Source of the DNA: a virus | Lineage: Duplodnaviria; Caudoviricetes | Reading direction: 5' to 3' (one strand) | Virus record (IMG/VR): IMGVR_UViG_3300037851_000360 | Location: 1 to 64,000 of that record | DNA: 64,000 nt | In this document: positions 16,016 through 26,166 of the stretch, piece by piece | Numbering within the stretch: position 1 is the first letter of the stretch | Layout: the number at the start of each line of letters is the position of its first letter | The notes under the pieces: model-generated | Told to the model about the DNA's origin: nothing | The model's input: the letters and a program-made list of their open reading frames with translations, nothing else | Databases searched by the model: none | Made by a program: the position numbers and the translations under genes

Positions 16016-17937
16016 TAGGTAGAGAAGTTGAAGTTTCCGGAAAAATCTCTTGAGCCAAAGAGAGGCACGCCTGTCTTTGGTGTTTCTTTTTCGAGAACGG
16101 ATAGATTGACGCTAACATCAACTCGCGTCGGTACCTGTGCATACTTGGCACCGTCGATGACGATTTGTTGACCGATTCCATATTGGTATGGAACTCCACC
16201 TTGATTTGCAGGGATCAACTCCCACGACGCATCATCCGGAATAGTTATCGAGATGGTGCGCATAATCACGGGCTGATTGTAGTACATATCACCCATACGC
16301 AACTCAACCAATGGGGGAACGAAAAATCCCTCGCCATGGTAATTTGCTGGGCGAGCCATTCCCAATAGATAGTTGATCTTCTTCCACATAGGTTCCAAAT
16401 CTTTGACCGACATGCAGTATGCGGTAAAAGTGAACGACACATCGCGAGTGAATCCCTTGTAGTTGTAAACCTTATCAGGTCGTCCCAAATACTGAACTTC
16501 TTCCCAATCGATAGTGTGATTGTCGGAAATTCCCTTGATTGTCGTATTGAATGGAAGATAAATTCCGTTGGCAACATCCTTGAACCAAAAGGCGATAATT
16601 TGTTCCTGTTTTGTAGAAACGTTTTCAAAGTTCTTAATCGGTCCCACCTGAGATTCTATCAACTCACTCACAACGATCTTTCCGGTGGAATCCACCGTGC
16701 CATCAGCACTTGAAACACCGGTTCTGAATCCTACATTCTTGAGCGCACGGTCGGCATCAGTGGAATTCTCAACTTGCTTGGAGTATCCGCCATCAACCTC
16801 ACGACCGGCTCCGCGATTTCCAACATTGCTCTTCTTAGAGATTAGGTTGGAGTATTTCTTGTAAACTGCGGAGGCTCCCGGAACAGGTCTAACCGGAACC
16901 TCAAACACCGATCCACCTTGGTCATCCGTTCCTTGTGATCGTGGAGTGCTAAGTTTCGGATCATTGTAATATGTGATTGGCGGTTTTGGATATGTGTCTC
17001 CATCGACCTTCTTGGATAGGTTTCCACTCTGATCAGATTCGACAAATGTCTTCTGATATCCTCCAAGAGCCATGCTCATTATCTTTCCATCATTAATCCG
17101 GTTGGTGTCAACTCTGACGGATGTTGGTGAGATATACGGATACAAATCGCCGAAGAGACGCTTGCTGCCGCGCATCTTGGCATACAAATCTTCATCCGCC
17201 CGATACTTGTCGGTCAGACCACTAAATTGGTCGGGGTTTCCACCAACGGCGGGAAGAAATGTCTTTAGTAGTTGCGATCCCAAATTGGAAAGGAATCCGC
17301 CTTTACCATTTTCGGCCGCAGAGCCGTACTTGGTTAGAATGATCTTTCGAGCAGCATTACCCGTCTTCGCACGAATGAGACCCTTTGTTCCGGTCTTTGC
17401 TTCGGTCGGCAACTTCTCGGCGGCAGCAGTTCCGTCAACGTGATTTGGTCCACCTTCTCCGATGAAATTGTCAAGTCCGAGACTCGAACCTAACGCTCGA
17501 AGCAATCCACCGGAAGTGTCAACGTGACGCTTTGGGCGAACGACAATGCCAGCGGTCGATGGCGCAGCGGCAGCAACGATTGGACTTGCTGGATTGTAGA
17601 GATTCGTTTCATTGAAAGCATTCTGTTGCTGAAGAAGAAATTGCTTTCCCAAGAAAAGAATACCCGTGCCTGTTTGAAGAAACTTGGTCAAACGCTGCAC
17701 ATCGGTCACAGCCGACGCAATTGGCAATCCTCTTCCGGTGTAATTCTGAACACTTTGAAGTGCGCTGTTGTATCCGGGCTGTCTCCAAATCAACGGTTGC
17801 TTTGGTCCCACACTCAAAAAACCGCCCTCTTGCCCGGAATATGGGCTTGGCGACTTTTTATAGATGGCATCGACCGCGACTGGATTGCTCAATCTGTCGG
17901 GTGAACCTACTTGAATGGGGAATTGCTTACTTACCAT
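16015..17937 (-). CDS. Putative baseplate / tail-tube initiator protein
   Basis: C-terminal tube-like domain (WEEVQYLGRPDKVYNYKGFTRDVSFTF...PPLVELRMGD); synteny. Confidence 0.6.
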   Translation of the reverse strand: MVSKQFPIQVGSPDRLSNPVAVDAIYKKSPSPYSGQEGGFLSVGPKQPLIWRQPGYNSALQSVQNYTGRGLPIASAVTDVQRLTKFLQTGTGILFLGKQFLLQQQNAFNETNLYNPASPIVAAAAPSTAGIVVRPKRHVDTSGGLLRALGSSLGLDNFIGEGGPNHVDGTAAAEKLPTEAKTGTKGLIRAKTGNAARKIILTKYGSAAENGKGGFLSNLGSQLLKTFLPAVGGNPDQFSGLTDKYRADEDLYAKMRGSKRLFGDLYPYISPTSVRVDTNRINDGKIMSMALGGYQKTFVESDQSGNLSKKVDGDTYPKPPITYYNDPKLSTPRSQGTDDQGGSVFEVPVRPVPGASAVYKKYSNLISKKSNVGNRGAGREVDGGYSKQVENSTDADRALKNVGFRTGVSSADGTVDSTGKIVVSELIESQVGPIKNFENVSTKQEQIIAFWFKDVANGIYLPFNTTIKGISDNHTIDWEEVQYLGRPDKVYNYKGFTRDVSFTFTAYCMSVKDLEPMWKKINYLLGMARPANYHGEGFFVPPLVELRMGDMYYNQPVIMRTISITIPDDASWELIPANQGGVPYQYGIGQQIVIDGAKYAQVPTRVDVSVNLSVLEKETPKTGVPLFGSRDFSGNFNFST

Positions 17938-17941
17938 GACC

Positions 17942-17950
17942 TATAAATAT
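17942..17950 (-). promoter_or_regulatory. Putative late promoter motif ATATTTATA
   Basis: 4 nt from ATG. Confidence 0.6.
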
Positions 17951-17965
17951 AGGCTCGGGAAGGAA

Positions 17966-20275
17966 TTAGGCTCGCTCCGATATCAATTCGTTTGCTCTCT
18001 TACCATCAATGTTTACGGCAATTCCACCATTTCGCATAAGATTGATGAGTTCATCCAACTTTGCGGTAATGATTTCATTGGTAGAAGCACCCGCCTCAGT
18101 TGCAGCCTCAACGACGGAAACCTTCGATGACGCCGTTCCACCAGCCTCAACGACGGCATTTTCTGTCTGTAGACTCGACATTCTTCCACCGGTGATCTTA
18201 TCAACCATCCAGCGGAGAGGTGCTGGAAGAGCGTTGAACATATTCATCAGGATTTGACCGAAGTTCTTTCCAGTAAACAAACCTTTGATGAGTTCCCACG
18301 TTGTCTTGAACGGCCAGAAGAGAGCGTCAAAGATCATGGTTCCAACTGACTTGATTCCATCGACGATTCCGAGACCAAGTTGGGAAGGAGATTCTCCCAT
18401 GATAGTCTTACTTAGCCAATTCCAAACATCAACGAATGGTTGGATAAGTGTATCAAATATGGCTCCGACAACAGCCTTCAATCCCAGCAAAATTCTCTCT
18501 CCGATATTGGCATTCTTCCACTCATCGGAATCCATCAATTTTCCAAATCTACTAAACAAGTTGATGACAAACTGAACGGCGGTGATTATCCAGCCAATAA
18601 TGGGGATCAACTTTCCAAACGCTCCTAAGAATCCGAATAGCCTTCCAACTGTTCCAACCCATGCTCCTAAGCCAGAGAAAAGTGTTGCGAAAAATCCCAC
18701 CCCCTTCGTTATCTTTGCGATAATGGATACCACAGCAGCAAACGGAACGATTAGTGCATTGACGAGCATTAATGCCCGCCCAAACCACATTCCAAGTGCT
18801 TCTGCCCAACCAACAATCTTCTGCATCATCTTCTCATAATCCTGCGAACTTCCTGTGAGGTCGCGGAACAAATTTCCAATGTCTTTCAGGGGAGACATCA
18901 CTCCCTTGACGAAGGCAAAAATTGGGCGGAGAATTGCCATGACAAGAGATACAATCGGCAGAAGAATTTCGGCAATGTCAAGTGCAATATCTTTCAACGC
19001 ATTCATGAGTTGAGTTTGAACTGCCTGCATTTCCTGTTGCTTCAAGAATTGATCTGCTGTTTGCTTCGAAATATCAAGAGAGGCTTCCATCGCCTTCCGC
19101 GCCGCTTGAATGTTTTCCAGCCTCTTTTTCTCTTGCTGGTTGGTACCATTCAAAATCTGACGTTCGATGTTTCTTGTGGCATTTATCCGTACAAGTTGCT
19201 CGACTGTCATACCAGCCGCTTCGGCAAATGCCTTCATCTGAATTGGATTGAGTTTTGAAAGATCACCGATCCTATCCATCTGTTCGATGATCTTATCCAT
19301 AGCACCGGCTGTATCACCCAAGAAAGATAGGCGTCGCGCCTCCATGAAATTCAACTCTCGGTTCAAGAGAATTGAAGCGTTCAACTCAGCATCGATGCTC
19401 TCTTGGAAATTGAGCATCTTTGAAGTCGTCTTTGCCATTTCATCCAGAGACAAACCAAGCGATCTTGCATGAACCGATGCGCGAAGCATGTTTTCGGGAA
19501 TTCCACGTGTATTCAGATACACTTCTTCCGATGACGATGCCAAATCTTCCATCACCTTGTTGACTGGAATTCCTGCCATCTTTGCCCATGCGCCAGCAGA
19601 TGCTATTAAATTCTTTGCGGTCACCATCGACTGACGACCTATACCAATCATATTCTTAAAGATTGCCGCAGTCTTGTCCTCACCGACTCCATAATTGGCA
19701 GCAAGAAGTGCGGAAGTTTCCATCATGTCTCTGGAAAGAGTTCCAATGCTCTTAAACTCGTTCACAAACGCTGCGGCAGACTTGTAAACATCCTCCGCTT
19801 TGATTCCCATTGCCTTATACGCAATGTTTATTCTCTCCACTTCGGCACGTATCAACTGCATCTGTGAAGCCGAAATACCAGTCGATTTTCTAAATGCCTC
19901 CGCAGCAGCATCCAGTTTGAACCACCGACTTGCTGCCAATGCTATAATAGCAACCAATGCACCAGACTTTTCAACAACGGCTTCCATGCTCTTGATCAAT
20001 CCTTGGAACAATCCCGGCTTGGACGCTGCGGCAGAAATTTGATTGAACATCAAATCACCAAATGGGATTTTGGAAAATCCGCTTCGAATATCATTGACTA
20101 CCGCTTTGGCTCTATCGCTCTTTAGAAAGTCGAATGCCTTTTTTGCCTTAGCATCATCACTTCCAGTCGCCTTTTTTTGTAACTCCTTGGTCAAATCCTC
20201 GACAACACCGGTCAGTTTATCAAACCGATTCAGTAGCGGGTCTTGTTCTTCGGGTCCGTGACGATCTTCTGCCAT
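17966..20275 (-). CDS. Tape measure protein
   Basis: 769 aa, helical Ala-rich, with a hydrophobic repeat segment; between chaperone-like and baseplate genes. Confidence 0.8.
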   Translation of the reverse strand: MAEDRHGPEEQDPLLNRFDKLTGVVEDLTKELQKKATGSDDAKAKKAFDFLKSDRAKAVVNDIRSGFSKIPFGDLMFNQISAAASKPGLFQGLIKSMEAVVEKSGALVAIIALAASRWFKLDAAAEAFRKSTGISASQMQLIRAEVERINIAYKAMGIKAEDVYKSAAAFVNEFKSIGTLSRDMMETSALLAANYGVGEDKTAAIFKNMIGIGRQSMVTAKNLIASAGAWAKMAGIPVNKVMEDLASSSEEVYLNTRGIPENMLRASVHARSLGLSLDEMAKTTSKMLNFQESIDAELNASILLNRELNFMEARRLSFLGDTAGAMDKIIEQMDRIGDLSKLNPIQMKAFAEAAGMTVEQLVRINATRNIERQILNGTNQQEKKRLENIQAARKAMEASLDISKQTADQFLKQQEMQAVQTQLMNALKDIALDIAEILLPIVSLVMAILRPIFAFVKGVMSPLKDIGNLFRDLTGSSQDYEKMMQKIVGWAEALGMWFGRALMLVNALIVPFAAVVSIIAKITKGVGFFATLFSGLGAWVGTVGRLFGFLGAFGKLIPIIGWIITAVQFVINLFSRFGKLMDSDEWKNANIGERILLGLKAVVGAIFDTLIQPFVDVWNWLSKTIMGESPSQLGLGIVDGIKSVGTMIFDALFWPFKTTWELIKGLFTGKNFGQILMNMFNALPAPLRWMVDKITGGRMSSLQTENAVVEAGGTASSKVSVVEAATEAGASTNEIITAKLDELINLMRNGGIAVNIDGKRANELISERA

Positions 20276-20280
20276 ATTCC

Positions 20281-20289
20281 TATAAATAT
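20281..20289 (-). promoter_or_regulatory. Putative late promoter motif ATATTTATA
   Basis: 5 nt from ATG. Confidence 0.6.
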
Positions 20290-20299
20290 GGCTGACCCG

Positions 20300-21205
20300 T
20301 TATTTTACTGCGGGAGCCTTCGCTATTTTTGGGGGTGCTTTTTCATTACCCTTCGCCGCTTCTTCTTCCTTCTTCTTGGCGTCAATCAATTTGCCATAGA
20401 AGAAACTGCGCTTCGTCGTTTCCATACGCTCTACTTCAGAGATATTGAATCCCCCACCACCATAGTAGCAAAGTTCGAACATTTGTGTCATGATATCCGA
20501 TTTTGTCTTCGGCTCATATCCGAAAATGTCTTGGTCAATTTCGATAGGCTGATGCACCACGGAGCCACATTGCTTGCATGTGGCATTTATTTGAGAGTCG
20601 AACCGTGGCAACCCCTTAGCAAGAATCTTTCTAAATGCTGCCGACTGCTTTGCGGTGAGAAGGTCTATGTCGGTTTTTTTAAGTATGTCTTCGTTTCCCG
20701 GCACTTCAACCAAAATTCGATTGAGCATACTGACGAGGGATTCACCCGCCGCCAACTTATCTTTCCAAGTCGGGGCGCGAAAGCACAAGATTTTTCCCAT
20801 CTCATGATGGGGATGCAAACAAAGTGTCTTGTCATTACTCAAAGATGGAATCATGGGATTCTGTGAGAATGCACCCATGTCAATCTCCTCTTTGTTGACA
20901 TTATCACAACGCGAGCATGTCCATTGGAATTTGAGAATTCTGCCGTAGTTCATGATGCGAATGTTGAGAAGCAACGCTTCAACATCCATTGCCATCCAAT
21001 CGTCGATTGGAACGATTGGGTCTACGACTATGTTTTTGATGATGTAATCTGCAATCTGCTTCTTGCGAATGAGATTGGAGTTGCACATAGCCATCTCATC
21101 TTCGCCCGTTATCATGCGAGCGATGACACTTCCCCTCCGAAGGGGATGATCCGGAGAGTAGAATCTACCCTCGGATGGGAGGGAGATTACTTCGGTTGAA
21201 TTCAC
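20300..21205 (-). CDS. T4 gp26-like baseplate hub assembly protein with fused gp51-like C-terminus
   Basis: LPSEGRFY, two CxxC motifs, then MFELCYYGGGGFNISEVERM..KRSFFY. Confidence 0.65.
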   Translation of the reverse strand: MNSTEVISLPSEGRFYSPDHPLRRGSVIARMITGEDEMAMCNSNLIRKKQIADYIIKNIVVDPIVPIDDWMAMDVEALLLNIRIMNYGRILKFQWTCSRCDNVNKEEIDMGAFSQNPMIPSLSNDKTLCLHPHHEMGKILCFRAPTWKDKLAAGESLVSMLNRILVEVPGNEDILKKTDIDLLTAKQSAAFRKILAKGLPRFDSQINATCKQCGSVVHQPIEIDQDIFGYEPKTKSDIMTQMFELCYYGGGGFNISEVERMETTKRSFFYGKLIDAKKKEEEAAKGNEKAPPKIAKAPAVK

Positions 21206-22026
21206 GACTCGGCGGATGGCCAGAAGAATTCCATTCCAATCGGAATAGATTGACGACCTTCATGACCGCACTTACCACAGGAGAAATCGAATGACATATC
21301 CATGTCAGGAACGACCTTTCGGATTTCTGTGCGGAGTGCGAGAGAATCCATGCTGGTCAACTCAAGGTCTACAAATCTCTTGATTGCCATTCTGTCTTCT
21401 TTTCCGTTGATAGAAACGATGAGATACTTGAGGCGAGTTGTCAACTCAGCGGTATTCGAACCGACCTTTGCAAGAGCCTTCAATTCAGCGTCAATCGAGG
21501 TTTCATCACGGTGGGAGAGAATCTTCCAGACGACGGTCTTTTGACTGGATGGAAGTTTGAACTCGAAGCGATTCAGACCCTTTTCGAACTTGCTGTAATC
21601 AACGTCGGTTCTGACAGCAATCTTGGATAGATCGATTGCAACCTTACTTTCGGCACCGCACTTTGGGCACGTGATGGTTGTCTGATACTCATCACCATAT
21701 GCCGCACGGCGAGCAGCAACAAACAAAGCATTCTTGTCGTTGACGAGGAAATCGTCAAGAGTCACACCCTTGGTTGCAACCAATGCCTTCAGAAACTCGT
21801 CAAGAACGGTGCCCTTCTTCATCAACACCTGATTGCTCAGAATGTCTTCATGACGGGCAGTGACTTGGTGTAGTTCAACTACGCCAGATGCCAATGGATG
21901 ACTCTCGGCATAAAACAACCCCTTGCTTGGAAGTTCCACCTTAAATGTGGGGAGGGTCGGGGTCTTAACGGTTGGGATTTCTCCAGCCGGTCTAGCGATA
22001 GGAATAACTACGTCGTTTTCGTTCAT
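21202..22026 (-). CDS. T4 gp26-like baseplate hub assembly protein
   Basis: VELPSKGLFY, EDIL, AAYGDEY, CPKC and CGKC motifs. Confidence 0.75.
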   Translation of the reverse strand: MNENDVVIPIARPAGEIPTVKTPTLPTFKVELPSKGLFYAESHPLASGVVELHQVTARHEDILSNQVLMKKGTVLDEFLKALVATKGVTLDDFLVNDKNALFVAARRAAYGDEYQTTITCPKCGAESKVAIDLSKIAVRTDVDYSKFEKGLNRFEFKLPSSQKTVVWKILSHRDETSIDAELKALAKVGSNTAELTTRLKYLIVSINGKEDRMAIKRFVDLELTSMDSLALRTEIRKVVPDMDMSFDFSCGKCGHEGRQSIPIGMEFFWPSAES

Positions 22027-22042
22027 AACTTGTCTTTCTTAC

Positions 22043-22051
22043 CATAAATAT
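22043..22051 (-). promoter_or_regulatory. Putative late promoter motif ATATTTATG
   Basis: Recurrent motif. Confidence 0.55.
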
Positions 22052-22083
22052 GGCACCAAAAGATTTTTTGGGTGTGGTTTGGG

Positions 22084-22596
22084 TTATCGTTTTAGATTAA
22101 GACGACCCTGATTGTCAACAAAAAAATTCAATTCGTTATTCTTCTCATTCAACATACCGGCTTGCTTTTCCTGACGAATGATCGCAAGCGTGTGATCCAC
22201 ATCGGGAGACACTTCTTTTATTTCCGGGAACTTCTTCTTGAATGCCTCATACACTTTGTTTAGTTTCTTGTCGCTAATTGATGTAAGGTCGATTCCGTCG
22301 AGTTTCACGCGCTTTCCGGATGGGTGGTGAAAGAAAGTCTTTGCACCGGAGGCAACTTCTGGAATGGGGTGAGGGGTGAATTCCGACTTGGAAACTTCGG
22401 CTTCGTTGTCAACCCACGCTTTCCAGAATGTTTTGAGCATTGAATGTTCCGACTTCAGTTGTGTTGAAGTGTATTCAATGTCTCCCTTCTCGGCGGTTTC
22501 CGCCATCTTCTTCAGAATTTCGACAAGACCCTTTTGAACTTGGTTGAACTTGACCTTGCCGTATCCGGGAACGAGTATGATTTGATCACCAGCCAT
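22084..22596 (-). CDS. Hypothetical protein
   Basis: 170-aa ORF, operon packing. Confidence 0.7.
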   Translation of the reverse strand: MAGDQIILVPGYGKVKFNQVQKGLVEILKKMAETAEKGDIEYTSTQLKSEHSMLKTFWKAWVDNEAEVSKSEFTPHPIPEVASGAKTFFHHPSGKRVKLDGIDLTSISDKKLNKVYEAFKKKFPEIKEVSPDVDHTLAIIRQEKQAGMLNEKNNELNFFVDNQGRLNLKR

Positions 22597-22600
22597 AGGT

Positions 22601-23365
22601 TTATTTTCCTTCCGTCACTTTGGAAACATTCTTCACAGCGCCTTTTAGGATATGCTCAATTGCATCGCGCTCTGCCTTGTATTCTGGTCCTTCCAAACGA
22701 AGAAGGATTGTGTGTAATAGTTTGTCTCCGACGCCCTTTTTCTTTCTCTCATAGTCGCGATACAAACGGAGGAATGCGTCTTGTATTTCGGCAGGAGGAA
22801 GAGCGTGAACTACGTCAAAGAATTGGTCGTATTGACCCTTCTGAAAATTTGCAATTGCATTGGTAAGTTCATCGGGCTGACCGCCTTTCAAATAGTGCTG
22901 AAGGTCGGCGAGCGACTTGACGTTGAAGGTTTCGTAAATCTTGGCAACCCGAGCGTCGCCAGATTCCTTCATGTTGTGAATCTTCCACATCGTTGCATAT
23001 GCCTTGTCATCCTGACCGGGATACTGACCTTTGATCTTATTGTAGAGATTCTTCGGAAAGTTTGGAGGGGCGACTTCGGCAAGTGTGTCATCCGTTGGAA
23101 CCGCAATTTTACTCGTGGCATTATCCATAGGAGCAATTGGTTTTCCATCCTTGTCGGTAATACCACCGTCTCTGTCAACCTTCACCACTTCACCCGCTTT
23201 GTTCTTCAACACGATAATGTCATTCTGCTCTCTGGCAATCGCAACGAATCCCTCTTTTACTTTTTGGGCAATCACTTCGTTTTGCTTTTCGTGTACTCCG
23301 TGTGCTTCTTTCATCACTTCGATGATAGATTCGCGGATGAGTTTCTTCAGGTCAAATTTCTTCAT
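22601..23365 (-). CDS. Hypothetical protein with capsid-targeting-like leader
   Basis: MKKFDLKKLIRE; internal TLAE-VAPP...KAYATMWK segment. Confidence 0.75.
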   Translation of the reverse strand: MKKFDLKKLIRESIIEVMKEAHGVHEKQNEVIAQKVKEGFVAIAREQNDIIVLKNKAGEVVKVDRDGGITDKDGKPIAPMDNATSKIAVPTDDTLAEVAPPNFPKNLYNKIKGQYPGQDDKAYATMWKIHNMKESGDARVAKIYETFNVKSLADLQHYLKGGQPDELTNAIANFQKGQYDQFFDVVHALPPAEIQDAFLRLYRDYERKKKGVGDKLLHTILLRLEGPEYKAERDAIEHILKGAVKNVSKVTEGK

Positions 23366-23384
23366 ATGTGGAAAGGGTGATTTC

Positions 23385-23393
23385 TATAAATAT
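23385..23393 (-). promoter_or_regulatory. Putative late promoter motif ATATTTATA
   Basis: Recurrent motif just downstream of a terminator. Confidence 0.6.
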
Positions 23394-23412
23394 GGGAGTG
23401 TTTGCAATAGTC

Positions 23413-23446
23413 AACAAAAAATCTCCCGACTTTCGCCGGGAGATTT
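23413..23446 (-). terminator. Intrinsic terminator after the tail tube gene
   Basis: AAATCTCCCGGC-GAAA-GTCGGGAGATTT followed by TTTGTTG. Confidence 0.85.
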
Positions 23447-23469
23447 GAAGACAATCAAGAGTGGTTTCC

Positions 23470-23958
23470 TTAAAATTGAAGAACCGCGTAGTCGTAGGAT
23501 AGCGTAAGAGAAACCATAGCAGGGTCTTGTGAAGACCAATCAAGTTGACCACCATTGAACTGGCTGACGAAGGCTCCGTAGAGAGTCCACTCTTCAACCT
23601 TATCTCCAACAGGACCGAGGAGGTTCAATGTGATGTTCTTCTTGTAGAAGTCAGCGTACCCATCACGACCGGTGACGGATTCATGAGAAAGACGAATCCA
23701 TTCCATCGAAGCCTGTGCAGCAGACGGAACAACAGCGTCGTAAAGTTGAATTTCAATGTCGTTCCATTCAGCCTTGCCCTTCAACTTACGTTTGATGTTG
23801 ATGTGGTCAAGAGTGATGGTATTGAGATTGAGGGAAGGGCGGTTTGCCATCTTCACAAGGAAGGTTGGAATTCCGTCGATATACATCACGAAGCGATTCT
23901 GAACCTTTGGTTCGAAACTTGTGAAGAAAATCTCATCGGGTTGGAGTAGTTCTGCCAT
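23470..23958 (-). CDS. Tail tube protein (T4 gp19-like)
   Basis: FEPKVQNRF, KGKAEWNDIEIQLYD, SMEW, GRDGYADFYKK, EEWTLYGAF. Confidence 0.9.
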   Translation of the reverse strand: MAELLQPDEIFFTSFEPKVQNRFVMYIDGIPTFLVKMANRPSLNLNTITLDHINIKRKLKGKAEWNDIEIQLYDAVVPSAAQASMEWIRLSHESVTGRDGYADFYKKNITLNLLGPVGDKVEEWTLYGAFVSQFNGGQLDWSSQDPAMVSLTLSYDYAVLQF

Positions 23959-23992
23959 ATGTGTGATTCTTTAGATGGTTGATTGTCTATTG

Positions 23993-24001
23993 AATAAATA
24001 T
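23993..24001 (-). promoter_or_regulatory. Putative late promoter motif ATATTTATT
   Basis: Upstream of the tail tube gene. Confidence 0.6.
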
Positions 24002-24036
24002 GGCAAACGCCAACAAATGTGAGATATTTTTCGGAG

Positions 24037-24726
24037 TCAAACCTTCTCGATGAAAACTTCGTACATGTCTTTCACCCCATAGCGGAGACCTGACGAACGG
24101 GCGTTGTTAAGATAACCATTCCTTTTTTCCTTGTCTTGGTATGCCCGAACGTCTCGCATGTGGTCTTTGGTCGTCTCGTGAAATACTTTACGAAGACACT
24201 TTTTATAGGTCTCCATGGAGGTTTTGACCCATGCGCCCTGCCTTGCCAGAACATCGCGCTCGTCAACGATTTCGACAAAGTGGTGCCAGATATCTCCGTC
24301 GTACGAAAAGGTTTTGGGCTTGATCTTCTTCATCAGAATCCAACGGGTAGGAACATCCCAGCCATCAACCTCGTCAGACGGCTTCAGGTCAACGCCGATT
24401 GACCAATACTTACCCGAATGCTTTTCGCACAATTCTGCATACTCGGGATGATTGCTGTCGATGATATTTCCATCCTTATCCCGAACGTAATTCATTCGGT
24501 TGATTTCACCCTCGTTCTTTTTTGGATTGATGAACTCATCACCACCCAATAGAAAGGGTTCCATGAGAGGCCACACAAACGAGTAAATCCCTCGGCGTGC
24601 GGGAGGAGCGTGGAAATTGTCTTTGTTCGGATCGTAACCCCGCTGGTTGACCGATGACAATCCACCATACCGCACGAACTTCAGTTTTCGTGCCGAAGAG
24701 AAATCAAACTTTCCTTTGTTAGCCAT
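24037..24726 (-). CDS. Hypothetical protein
   Basis: 229-aa ORF; TAATG overlap with the Nudix gene. Confidence 0.7.
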   Translation of the reverse strand: MANKGKFDFSSARKLKFVRYGGLSSVNQRGYDPNKDNFHAPPARRGIYSFVWPLMEPFLLGGDEFINPKKNEGEINRMNYVRDKDGNIIDSNHPEYAELCEKHSGKYWSIGVDLKPSDEVDGWDVPTRWILMKKIKPKTFSYDGDIWHHFVEIVDERDVLARQGAWVKTSMETYKKCLRKVFHETTKDHMRDVRAYQDKEKRNGYLNNARSSGLRYGVKDMYEVFIEKV

Positions 24727-25289
24727 TAGAAACCAAGGCGCATAACCATCGTGAACCAGATAGGGTCAACAACTTTCTTTCGAAGTTCTGCGGTGTCGGT
24801 CATCATTTCAAATTCTGCTTCTGTATCGTAAACGCTGCCGTCTCCTGTCTTCTCTCCCATTTTCAAATCCGTCACATCGACGGCGAAGAGGTGGTAAAGA
24901 GTGTCTGTTGACTTCGTTCCTCGGCAAGTTCCAAGAGATTTGAGGTCTTTCGTTTCGCAAATGTATCCCGTCTCTTCCTTCAATTCTTTCACAGCCATCT
25001 CTTCGGGTGATTCTCCCTTATCAACGCCACCGGTCACAGAACTGAATTCTGGCTTGAGACCCCACGAGGGAGTAACCTCCTTGCGCACCCCGTAAGACCA
25101 AGCATCGCGACCTTCACGACGATACGGAAGAACCGCGACGATGTTTCCATCACAGCGATTCTCGTGGGAGTAAACGTATTCTCCGTTCGGGGTATCCATC
25201 TTCATCAATGACAACCACTCCGTTCCTTTGAGAACGGTCGGCTTCTTTTCTTCGTGAAGATGCTTGAGAAGTGAACGGAGTTGAATCAT
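24726..25289 (-). CDS. Nudix hydrolase with capsid-targeting-like leader
   Basis: Nudix box GGVDKGESPEEMAVKELKEETG; start re-called to MIQLRSLLKHLHE (TGATG overlap). Confidence 0.88.
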   Translation of the reverse strand: MIQLRSLLKHLHEEKKPTVLKGTEWLSLMKMDTPNGEYVYSHENRCDGNIVAVLPYRREGRDAWSYGVRKEVTPSWGLKPEFSSVTGGVDKGESPEEMAVKELKEETGYICETKDLKSLGTCRGTKSTDTLYHLFAVDVTDLKMGEKTGDGSVYDTEAEFEMMTDTAELRKKVVDPIWFTMVMRLGF

Positions 25290-25942
25290 CAGTAAATGAG
25301 AGAGTTGACGAGTTTGTATCGAATGTTGAAGGCTTCCAGCAAAAAGCGAAATTCGGATAGGCACTGATCCTTAGCGCCACCACATAAGTAGCAACCGCTG
25401 AATCGTTTCAGTTCTGAAATGCTAATGTCGGGAACGAACAACGGTTCATCTTCGACTATTCTTAACAAATCGTCAAGCTCAAAATCTTTTGCACCAACAT
25501 CTGTGAAAATCTTCTCCCACTCCTTTGTGGTAATTTCTCGACTATCACGTATGTCGTTCATCACCATATATCTAATGGCTTTTATGATGAATTTTCTCTC
25601 CATACCCGCATCCATCCACCCTCTGAAGAAAGCGTATGTCTTTGGTCTGAAGTCGATTGAGTTCAACCGATCATCCTCAATACCGTTCTCCAAGTAGTAA
25701 TCCACTACCTCGTGTTCAACGTTTCCACCAACCTCGGGATCGTTAAAGAAACAGAGAACCGGTCCGTGGCTCTTGTTAAGAAAATTCGTCAGTGCTGGCA
25801 TAATCTTTCCACACCACTTGTCATAAGCCGGTTGAACGTCGATGACGATGATGGGTGTGTTTCCACCTTCCATGATCAACTGCGCACTTGTTTTCTCAGG
25901 GCGAGTCAATACCTCATTGAAAATCTGACGGTATTCATTCAT
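25289..25942 (-). CDS. Cysteine hydrolase (isochorismatase/nicotinamidase-like) fold protein
   Basis: IIVIDVQ (catalytic Asp position) and YLCGGAKDQCL (nucleophile Cys position). Confidence 0.55.
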   Translation of the reverse strand: MNEYRQIFNEVLTRPEKTSAQLIMEGGNTPIIVIDVQPAYDKWCGKIMPALTNFLNKSHGPVLCFFNDPEVGGNVEHEVVDYYLENGIEDDRLNSIDFRPKTYAFFRGWMDAGMERKFIIKAIRYMVMNDIRDSREITTKEWEKIFTDVGAKDFELDDLLRIVEDEPLFVPDISISELKRFSGCYLCGGAKDQCLSEFRFLLEAFNIRYKLVNSLIY

Positions 25943-26163
25943 TAGCCACCACCTCGGAAGAACAACGACGTTGCCATTTTTCTATATTCAGATGCAGGAA
26001 GGTCATGACCGGGATCATCTGGATTCACTTTCTTTGCCTCGGGAGAATTTTCATCCGGTGGAAGGGTCGTATCTCGTGAAGATACATTTCCGTCCACCTG
26101 TGGCAAGACCAATGGTCGCGAGGTGGAAAGCAACTCCTTCAACTTGGGACATCTCTTTTTCAT
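25942..26163 (-). CDS. Small hypothetical protein
   Basis: 73-aa ORF 3 nt from a motif variant; TAATG overlap downstream. Confidence 0.55.
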   Translation of the reverse strand: MKKRCPKLKELLSTSRPLVLPQVDGNVSSRDTTLPPDENSPEAKKVNPDDPGHDLPASEYRKMATSLFFRGGG

Positions 26164-26166
26164 ATC

